A stretch of 64,000 nt of DNA, taken from positions 128,001-192,000 of the forward strand of contig CAXXVO010000004.1 in assembly GCA_963422645.2 (NCBI GenBank), given 5' to 3'. The first letter of the stretch is position 1. Each line of letters starts with the position of its first letter. Below are positions 9,189-16,816 of the stretch, one piece after another. The notes under the pieces are model-generated. The model had not been told where the DNA came from and searched no databases. It saw nothing but the letters and a program-made list of their open reading frames with translations. Both the position numbers and the translations under genes were made by a program. This DNA comes from Alphaproteobacteria bacterium (lineage in GTDB: Bacteria > Pseudomonadota > Alphaproteobacteria > UBA828).

Positions 9189-11067
9189 GTAACTGCCCAG
9201 GTCGTCTGATTTGTCATTTTGGGCCAGTGGATTGAGGCGTTTCTCGTTCGGAGTTGGTGGAAAGGGCTTGACGGGAATTTCGGGAAATGACTCAACAACG
9301 ACATGAGCAATCCCGAGTCGCCGCGCGGCCCTTCGACGGGAGCAGCGCCCGAAACGCCCGCGCAGAAGATCGCCCGCCTGGAGGAGGAGAACGCCCGGCT
9401 TCGGGAGGAAAATGCCTGGCTTCGGCAGCAGAACGCGCGGCTGGAAGAGCAAGTCGCGCGTCTCGTCGAGCGCATCGAGGAGTTGGAGCGCCGTCTCGGC
9501 CTCAACAGCGGCAAGCCGCCTTCGAGCGATGGGCTGAGGAAGCCGAATTCGAAGCGGCGAACCCGAAGCCTGCGCGGCAAATCGGGCCGCAAGCCCGGTG
9601 GCCAGCCCGGCCACAAGGGCAAGACGCTGCGCCGCGCCGATCACCCGGATCGGGTGAAGGATCACGTCCCGGCTTCCTGCAAGGGATGCGGTTCGCCGCT
9701 TTCGGACGCGGCCAGGGCGGGAACGCCCGTCGCCCGCCAGGTGTTCGATCTGCCCGAGCCGAGCCCCCTGGAGGTGACCGAGCACCGGGCGCATGCCAAG
9801 TGCTGCGGGCATTGCGGGACGGTGACCCGGGCGGCGTTCCCCGACGGGGTGTCGGCGCCGGTGCAGTACGGCCCGCGCATTGCCGGGGTGGCGGTCTACC
9901 TTCAGCACGCTCACTTCCTGCCGGAGGATCGGCTGTCGCAGGTGATGGCCGAGCTCTTCGGCGCGCCGGTGACGGCTGCGACGTTGGCGACGATGAGCGA
10001 GAGGGCGGCCGAGCGGCTGCGGGACGCGGCCTTGCACATACAGGACCTGGCGGCGGGCACGGCGCGGGTGAAACACATGGACGAGACCGGCTTGCGGATC
10101 GGCGGTCAGACGCAGTGGCTTCATGTGATCTGCACGCCGCTGCTGGCGGCGTACCGGGTCAGCGGCAAGCGCGGCGCCCTGCTCTCGGGTGTCTCCGGCA
10201 TCGTCGTGCACGATCACTGGAAGCCGTACTTCGCGATGGAAGGGGTGGAGCACGGCCTGTGCAACGCCCATCACCTGCGGGAGTTGCAGGCGCTGGTGGA
10301 CATCGAAGGGGAGGCTTGGGCCCGGCGGATGCAGCAGCTCCTGCGCCGAGCCAATCGCGCCGCCCGCATCGCGCTGGACAAGGATATCGCCGTTCCGGCG
10401 AGGCTTGTGGCGCTGATCGAGCGCCGATACGACGAGATCATCGCCGATGCGCTGGCCTTTCACGAGAGCCAACCACCGTTCTCGCCTGGCAAGAGGAAGA
10501 AGCGCCGGAAGCGAAGGATCGGTCACAATCTGGCCTTGAGGCTGCGCGACCACAAATGCGCGGTGCTCCGGTTCCTGATCGACCTCGAGGTCGGGTTCAC
10601 GAACAACGAGGCCGAGCGCGACCTTCGGATGATGAAGCTGCGCCAGAAGATCTCCGGGGGCTTCCGGTCCGCGCAGGGGGCCGAGAACTTCGCCATCCTG
10701 CGCAGCGTCATCACCACCGCCAGAAAGCAGGGCTGGAATATCATCGAAGCCCTGACCAGCCCATCGGATCGGCTCATCGCCACCGTCAAGTGCGCGTAAG
10801 CTCACCTGGCACGGGTTCTCCAACAGCGGAGCCATTCTCATAAACGATCATGGTCGACGCCGTGCTGGACCACCCCATAGAATGAAAATCGGTGCCCGTC
10901 GCGCGGGCGGACTTCGGGCCACATCGGGGTAGCTTACCGGTCGCAGTCCGCAAGAGGGGCATCGTGAGCTGTGAAACCCGGCGACCCCAGAGGAGCACAC
11001 GGGCGTCGCGTGGGTAGCGTTGTGCCGAATCCCAGAGAATTTTCACAGCAAGAACCTGGGCAGTTAC
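9189..11067 (+). mobile_element. IS66-type element B (1879 bp), intact
   Basis: IR GTAACTGCCCAGGT at both ends; TSD AGATTTTC at 9181-9188 and 11068-11075. Confidence 0.95.
9303..10799 (+). CDS. IS66 family transposase, element B
   Basis: KPPSSD, GGQPGHKG, HMDETG, HDHW, CNAHHLREL, TNNEAERDLR. Confidence 0.95.
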   Translation: MSNPESPRGPSTGAAPETPAQKIARLEEENARLREENAWLRQQNARLEEQVARLVERIEELERRLGLNSGKPPSSDGLRKPNSKRRTRSLRGKSGRKPGGQPGHKGKTLRRADHPDRVKDHVPASCKGCGSPLSDAARAGTPVARQVFDLPEPSPLEVTEHRAHAKCCGHCGTVTRAAFPDGVSAPVQYGPRIAGVAVYLQHAHFLPEDRLSQVMAELFGAPVTAATLATMSERAAERLRDAALHIQDLAAGTARVKHMDETGLRIGGQTQWLHVICTPLLAAYRVSGKRGALLSGVSGIVVHDHWKPYFAMEGVEHGLCNAHHLRELQALVDIEGEAWARRMQQLLRRANRAARIALDKDIAVPARLVALIERRYDEIIADALAFHESQPPFSPGKRKKRRKRRIGHNLALRLRDHKCAVLRFLIDLEVGFTNNEAERDLRMMKLRQKISGGFRSAQGAENFAILRSVITTARKQGWNIIEALTSPSDRLIATVKCA

Positions 11068-11505
11068 AGATTTTCTTCACCGAAATATGCTTTGCTGTTG
11101 CATCGCACTGGCAGAATGCGTAAGCCTGCACCGACAGCGGAGTTGCCGGCCGCACAGCTCGAGATGAAGCCGGTCCACGCAGTGTCTGCGACAAAGTCTT
11201 GACTTTCGACGGCGAGGAGGGCGCAGCGCCTTTCTCGCTTACCAACACAAAGACCGCGGCGACATGGGTTGAATTTGATGCAGCCCCTGGTGCTTCTGGC
11301 GTTCTTCACACAGCCGACGTCTGCCCCCATGATTGATCGGCACCTCAATCCAGGCGGCCCAGAAATCTAGGTGGCATTGACCACAGCGCTGGCTCGGACG
11401 GCGGCGCGACCACGTTCAGGTCAATGTGGCTAAACGGTATGCGAAGGATCCGAAGTGGCCTTCGTGATCCGTTCGCCAGTTCGCAATTTTACTCAAGGAG
11501 TCTCG

Positions 11506-12690
11506 ATGTCCATTGTTCCGTTGGAGAAATCGCCAAATGCGTTCGCCGCCGCTCCACACTCTCCCGGTATTAATCGTCCCGCAACGATCCCATTCCATGA
11601 GCGGAAGCGGACTGCGACGGCGGTCATCTATTGTGAGGAGAACTTCGGTGAAATCGACGGTAAGACGGCCAACGGGCTCATCCGTCATTCAGAGAAGTAC
11701 GAAATCCTCTCGGTGATCGACAGCAAGCAGGCTGGACTCGACACTGGCGAAGTGCTCGGCGGGAAGGCCAACACCATCCCGATTTGCCGCGATCTCACCG
11801 ACGCCCTGTCTCGCACCGTGCACATCCCTGACTACTTCATCTTCGGGATGGCGCCCAAGAGTGGAATGTTGTCGACAGGTGAGCGAGGCATCGTGCTCGA
11901 AGCCCTGGCACGCGGAATGAATGTCGTGAGTGGTCTCCATGAATTCCTGACCGACGACCCGGAGTTCGTGGCCGCGGGCATCGCTAATAACGTCGTGATC
12001 CTTGACATGCGAAAACCGCGAGCCAAAAAAGATTTGCGGATGTTCGACGATCGAATTGTCGAAGTCACCTGCCCGCGAATTACCGTGCTCGGAACCGACA
12101 GCGCCATCGGCAAGCGCACCACCGCCACGATCCTGACTCGTGTTCTCAACGATCACGGCCTGAAAGCCGTCATGGTGAGCACTGGCCAGACCGGCTTGAT
12201 GCAAGGGGCCCGCTACGGTGTCGCGCTCGATGCCATTCCGTCGCAGTTCTGCTCCGGTGAGTTGGAGGCGACCATCATCGAGGCGTTCCAGGAAGAGAGT
12301 CCGGATGTGATCATCGTCGAAGGTCAAGGCGCACTGAGTCATCCGGCCTTCAGCTCCTCGGCACTCATTTTGAGGGGCAGCAGACCCACCGGAGTCATTC
12401 TGCAGCATGCCCCGGGGCGGCGTCATCGCTGCGACTTCGAACAGATGACGATGCCATCGCCGGCCAGCGAAATCAATCTGATCCAGACCTTCTCCGATAC
12501 GAAGGTCATCGGCCTCACGATCAACCACGAGAACATGACACAAGAAGCGGTCAGTGCCGCCATTATCCAGTACGAGGGTGAACTGGGAATTCCGGTCACG
12601 GACGTCTTGAGCCGCCCGCCCGAACGGTTGCTGGACATGGTCCGCCCGGCGATTCCTACACTTGCGGAGATGCGGACGGCCGCGGGCTGA
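11506..12690 (+). CDS. DUF1611 domain protein (DgcN-like D-amino acid N-acetyltransferase family)
   Basis: GKTANGL, GLHEFL, GTDSAIGKRTT, TGQTG, VEGQGALSHP; AAGGAG RBS. Confidence 0.85.
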   Translation: MSIVPLEKSPNAFAAAPHSPGINRPATIPFHERKRTATAVIYCEENFGEIDGKTANGLIRHSEKYEILSVIDSKQAGLDTGEVLGGKANTIPICRDLTDALSRTVHIPDYFIFGMAPKSGMLSTGERGIVLEALARGMNVVSGLHEFLTDDPEFVAAGIANNVVILDMRKPRAKKDLRMFDDRIVEVTCPRITVLGTDSAIGKRTTATILTRVLNDHGLKAVMVSTGQTGLMQGARYGVALDAIPSQFCSGELEATIIEAFQEESPDVIIVEGQGALSHPAFSSSALILRGSRPTGVILQHAPGRRHRCDFEQMTMPSPASEINLIQTFSDTKVIGLTINHENMTQEAVSAAIIQYEGELGIPVTDVLSRPPERLLDMVRPAIPTLAEMRTAAG

Positions 12691-13802
12691 TGGCCGCACC
12701 GCGGTTGGAGATCGACCTCGAAAAGATCCGCCATAATGCTTCCACACTCGTCAAGCGGCTGAGACTCCGTGGCATATCCGTCACCGGAGTTACCAAAGCA
12801 ACTTTAGGGTCACCGGAGATTGCCGGCGTGTTGCTTCAGTCAGGCGTACGGGCGATCGGCGACTCCCGCATTGAGAACATCGAAACGCTGCGTGGAGCGG
12901 GGATATTGGCGCCAATGACACTGATCCGCTCTCCGATGATGAGTCAGGTCGATCGGGTCGTGGCGCATGCCGATATCAGTTTCAATACGGAGCTGGAGGT
13001 TATCGGCAAGCTCTCCGATGCCGCCTATGGGTCGGGGCGGACGCATGGGATCGTGCTCATGGTTGAGCTTGGAGATCTCAGGGAGGGGATCATGCCGGAG
13101 GATCTCCTCGGCGCCGTGCGTGAAACGCTTCGCTGCAGGAATATCGTGCTGAAGGGTATCGGCACGAACCTCGCTTGCCGGAGCGGTGAGCGCGCCGATG
13201 CTGGAAACATGGCAAAACTATCTGCCCTCGCCGAGTCCATTGATGCGGCCTTCGGTCTCACCCTCGATATCGTCTCCGGGGGGAATTCCGGCAATCTTCA
13301 GTGGGCGTTCAGCGCGGCGGGCACCGGAAGGATCAACGATCTTCGTCTCGGTGAGTCAATCCTGCTCGGCGTGGAGCCTCTCCATCGCCAACCGATCCAT
13401 GGACTCTACACCGATGCCATCACACTCGTCGGGGAAGTGATCGAGTCCAAGGTAAAACCGTCGCAACCATGGGGCGATATAGGCCAAACTGCGTTTGGTG
13501 CCAAGCCGGCTGTCAAGGATCGCGGATTTGTCTCTCAGGCAATTTTGGCAGTCGGACATCAGGATACCGATCCAGAAGGCCTCACCGCGTCCTCTGGAAT
13601 CGAGATTGTCGGGGCCAGCAGTGACCATCTCATTTTGAACTCGGGCAAGAACAAAGCGACCGTTGGTTCCGAGATCACGTTCCAACCCAACTACAGCGCA
13701 GTGGTTCGCGCCATGACATCACCTTTTGTCGCCAAGGTTTTAAAGGCGCGAATGCACAATGCCGGAGCAAACCAGCGCAAACAGAAGCAGGCCGTTTTAT
13801 AG
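12690..13802 (+). CDS. Alanine/ornithine racemase family PLP-dependent enzyme
   Basis: GVTKA, GDSRIEN, ELGDLREG, GTNLAC, SGGNS, LRLGE, GASSDH; TGATG overlap with upstream gene. Confidence 0.88.
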   Translation: MAAPRLEIDLEKIRHNASTLVKRLRLRGISVTGVTKATLGSPEIAGVLLQSGVRAIGDSRIENIETLRGAGILAPMTLIRSPMMSQVDRVVAHADISFNTELEVIGKLSDAAYGSGRTHGIVLMVELGDLREGIMPEDLLGAVRETLRCRNIVLKGIGTNLACRSGERADAGNMAKLSALAESIDAAFGLTLDIVSGGNSGNLQWAFSAAGTGRINDLRLGESILLGVEPLHRQPIHGLYTDAITLVGEVIESKVKPSQPWGDIGQTAFGAKPAVKDRGFVSQAILAVGHQDTDPEGLTASSGIEIVGASSDHLILNSGKNKATVGSEITFQPNYSAVVRAMTSPFVAKVLKARMHNAGANQRKQKQAVL

Positions 13803-13840
13803 CGTCGGCTATCGACAACTGGTCCGGTTTTGATGCCACT

Positions 13841-13915
13841 AGCCCGCATTTCTCACCAGGGTCATGGCTGCGCGGCGCTGTCCGGCCGGTAGGGCAGGAG
13901 CGGCGCGCAGCGCAG
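13841..13915 (+). repeat. Partial copy of the palindromic element at 19248-19514
   Basis: GCCCGCATTTCTCACCAGGGTCATGG.. matches that element's terminal repeat. Confidence 0.65.
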
Positions 13916-14270
13916 CGCGCTGCTTCACAGCCCACTTCGCAGCTCGCGTCACCCGGTTCGGTGCCGTCGCGGACGCCGCCCGACCCCGCTTCCCGTCTCG
14001 TCCCGTCATGAAGCATCGACTCCCCAAATTGCAATTTGGCCCCTCCAATGCGACTGCGCAAGGACGGAAAATCGCCAGCGGAGCCGTGGATTGCGGGGCT
14101 TCAGCCGGTTCGGCAACCTTGCAGTGCTTGCGAAAATCCAGGATGACCTACGCCAACCACCCCCATTTGTAGAATTCAGCGTGCTCCGTCAGAAGCTTCG
14201 ATGCCTGACAGCATCTGACGACAGCTACCGCGGTCAGACTGAGGCCGTCACAAATACGAGATCGTGTAAC

Positions 14271-14294
14271 CCCGGAACAAGTCCGGGCATGACG
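14271..14294 (-). repeat. CGTC-type REP palindrome (single)
   Basis: CCCGGAACAAGTCCGGGCATGACG, nearly identical to 28144-28167. Confidence 0.75.
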
Positions 14295-14394
14295 AGTTGG
14301 GGAACGGGCGAGGTGGGCTCTTGTGCCGACGCACCCGGTTGCCGCCCACTCAGACTGCTCCTATATCTCGCCCGACACTAAACCGAGGGCCACG

Positions 14395-14600
14395 ATGGAA
14401 CGGATCGGCGCATCAGAAGCCAGCAGGCACCTGCCCCGCCTGCTCGACCGCGTCGCGCAGGGCGAGAGCCTGACCATCACGCGCCAAGGCAAACCCGACT
14501 GCACCTGGTCCCCGCGTCCCACGACGACGAGCGCGTGCACGAAGTCGCCGCCCGAATTCCCAACGCCGTCGGCACCTCAAGCGCAGACCCGTAAGAGATC
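14395..14600 (+). pseudogene. Phd/YefM antitoxin, frameshifted; no cognate toxin seen
   Basis: MERIGASEASRHLPRLLDRVAQGESLTITRQGKP, then similarity is lost. Confidence 0.75.
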
Positions 14601-14687
14601 ACATGATCACACTTCGCGTGGGTGGCGGCTTTGCACCGCTACATTGCGCGCGGCCGCCCCAGCACCCTACAATACCCCCTAGTTTCG

Positions 14688-15128
14688 CTACGATGCGGCA
14701 TCATCATCCGGCGGACAAACCGCCCTTGCCCTCAAGGACAGTATCCTTCGAAACGCAGTCCACGCAATTCTCGGCTCACCGCTTGACTCCACCTGTATGT
14801 GAGCGTAGCCCCACTCTCTCCATGGAATTTCCACAAAATTGTCTTCAGTCCGCCATTCCACTTGCACACTAAATTGGCACTTTTCCTTCTCACTTGCTTG
14901 CTCCGCCGCACTATAAAAGTCCTCAACTGCAAAATGCGCTTGTCCATAGCCAACCAAATGCCCTATCCGCAGTTCCTTTAGATCTACACCACGCTCTACC
15001 AGCTTATCTCTATGCCAAACAGACAACTCTGCGTCCTTAAATGCTCCCGGCTTTGGTCGCCCTTCAGCGTCACTCCAATCTTTTCGTCGGACAAATCGAC
15101 ACACAATGTCGAAATTCGTTACTGACAT
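14688..15128 (-). CDS. Hypothetical protein, possible ART/RES-like toxin
   Basis: Low-GC ORF; pattern CRFV..PGAF..LSV..AH recalls ART/RES-fold proteins. Confidence 0.55.
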   Translation of the reverse strand: MSVTNFDIVCRFVRRKDWSDAEGRPKPGAFKDAELSVWHRDKLVERGVDLKELRIGHLVGYGQAHFAVEDFYSAAEQASEKEKCQFSVQVEWRTEDNFVEIPWREWGYAHIQVESSGEPRIAWTAFRRILSLRARAVCPPDDDAAS

Positions 15129-15133
15129 AGCAA

Positions 15134-15961
15134 CTAGAGTCTAAGAACCTCGACAAATTCCCTCTCATTCGCGTACGGTATTCGCTTCAGTAGTTGATCG
15201 TTTTCGTCAAATATACTCACATCTATGGACCCCGAGATTGACATTTCTGCCATGATCAAATGACCGCTCTTCAGCCTCATGTAGAAGGACAGTTCGCCAT
15301 CGATGTCCATTGTTATATCGGGCTCAACTGCATATTCGACGGCTACGCGAGCAATTCGTTCGGCACTTTCCACTACGACAGACTCCGGCTTTCTCTCACG
15401 AATTCCAACCGCGAATCCGTTAATTTCCTCCTGCATTGCCCCCGGGATACTAACAGTGACATCCAATATCGAGCTACTCACATTCCATTCTGTGCTCGGC
15501 TGTAAAGGAATTCGCAGAGTGGACCACGTCAAATCGTTTGCTTCATTCGCAGTAGGCCTCTCGAGCTTCAGCCAAGCATTGCTCCATTCGCTTGCGTAAT
15601 CCAAGAAAGTCTTAGCGAAGGGTTCCGAAACTGCTACGTTCAACACGAGAAATTGACGGTCTGGATCGTTACTAGATCCGAAACTCCACCACGCGCCCTC
15701 ACCTCGGCGTCGAGCATTTGATGGTAGCTCGGATGTTCCAACAATATGGGAGAGAGGTGATTGGTTGAGCCCCATCACTATCTTACCAGAATGACTACTG
15801 ATTGGCTTTAACTCCCTATCCGAGACCGTATTATCATAATGGAATGCTGTATTGGAATGTGGCCGCTGCGCAGCAGCAACAATTGCCTCGAACTTCGGTC
15901 CTCCACGGGTTGAATGGTCATGGAGATAGGTTGTTTCTGCGAAGTCGTTTGCGGTTCGCAT
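15134..15961 (-). CDS. Hypothetical protein (disordered N-terminus, small alpha/beta C-terminal domain)
   Basis: 275-aa low-GC ORF, 5-6 bp gaps to neighbours; PDITMDIDGELSF motif. Confidence 0.6.
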   Translation of the reverse strand: MRTANDFAETTYLHDHSTRGGPKFEAIVAAAQRPHSNTAFHYDNTVSDRELKPISSHSGKIVMGLNQSPLSHIVGTSELPSNARRRGEGAWWSFGSSNDPDRQFLVLNVAVSEPFAKTFLDYASEWSNAWLKLERPTANEANDLTWSTLRIPLQPSTEWNVSSSILDVTVSIPGAMQEEINGFAVGIRERKPESVVVESAERIARVAVEYAVEPDITMDIDGELSFYMRLKSGHLIMAEMSISGSIDVSIFDENDQLLKRIPYANEREFVEVLRL

Positions 15962-15967
15962 TTCTAA

Positions 15968-16621
15968 CTACTCGTCTTGCAAAAAACTGTGGGCTTTATC
16001 CCACGCCTCGCTCAAGGAATTGAGAACGTCGGACTTACTTGGCATGGGTTTGCCACCGATGTGCAGGTTTAGTCCCAGGTAGACTTTTGTAGTTTTATCA
16101 TCTCCGAACCGTGGCTCGACTGTGACTGTCCATCGGTGATCGTCTTCTTCAAAAATTAACTTTCCTGAACCACCCACAAGTGTCCATCCCATAGCGCTTT
16201 GTAAGCCAGATGCAAATAACCGATTGGCGAGATATGTTAAAGCAGTCTCTCCAGAATTCTGATCTAATACTAAGTCGACATTGAACCCAAAAGCATCAAG
16301 GGTCTTCTCATTCAGCTTGGAATGTAGAATGGCACAATCAGTGATTTCGGCCAATCGATCCAAGTCGTTGGCTGTCGGATACTCCCTTTCTACAACTGAT
16401 CTAATTGACGAACACTGCAATACAATCCGATCTCTCGGGAGTCGAAGTACTTGTCCTTGGGTGGGTGTCACGCCTGCGCCTGCTCCAATCAGAATCCCCT
16501 CCGGCACGACTTCAGAACCAATAGAATTCTGAAATTCAGCGACGCCTTCTTGAGAGGCGAGCAGCTCGATGCCAACAAATACGACGTTCGCCTTGAGTAC
16601 GTCTTGTACAGTCGCGGACAT
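15968..16621 (-). CDS. Hypothetical protein, TIGR04255-like
   Basis: 217-aa low-GC ORF; AFGFN(V) strand and terminal helix pattern; GGAAGAAGG RBS. Confidence 0.55.
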   Translation of the reverse strand: MSATVQDVLKANVVFVGIELLASQEGVAEFQNSIGSEVVPEGILIGAGAGVTPTQGQVLRLPRDRIVLQCSSIRSVVEREYPTANDLDRLAEITDCAILHSKLNEKTLDAFGFNVDLVLDQNSGETALTYLANRLFASGLQSAMGWTLVGGSGKLIFEEDDHRWTVTVEPRFGDDKTTKVYLGLNLHIGGKPMPSKSDVLNSLSEAWDKAHSFLQDE

Positions 16622-16816
16622 CAGAACCTTCTTCCCGGCGTTGTGAACGCAATAAAAGCGCGCGGTTCAAGGGGTGCGCAAAGGGAAATATCCATCGGTT
16701 GACTCCTAGTGGCTCTGGCAGCCTGGCTAGGGCGTCTGTCCCGCTGAGTACCCATCAAGCTTCAGTGTGGGGAGGTGAGGTTTAGCTTGCAAGGGAATTT
16801 CGGAGGGCTAACCCCC

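Noticed and set aside
9287-10843. 518-aa alternate-frame ORF spanning the B transposase
   Set aside because: No recognisable domain; its conservation only reflects near-identical IS copies.
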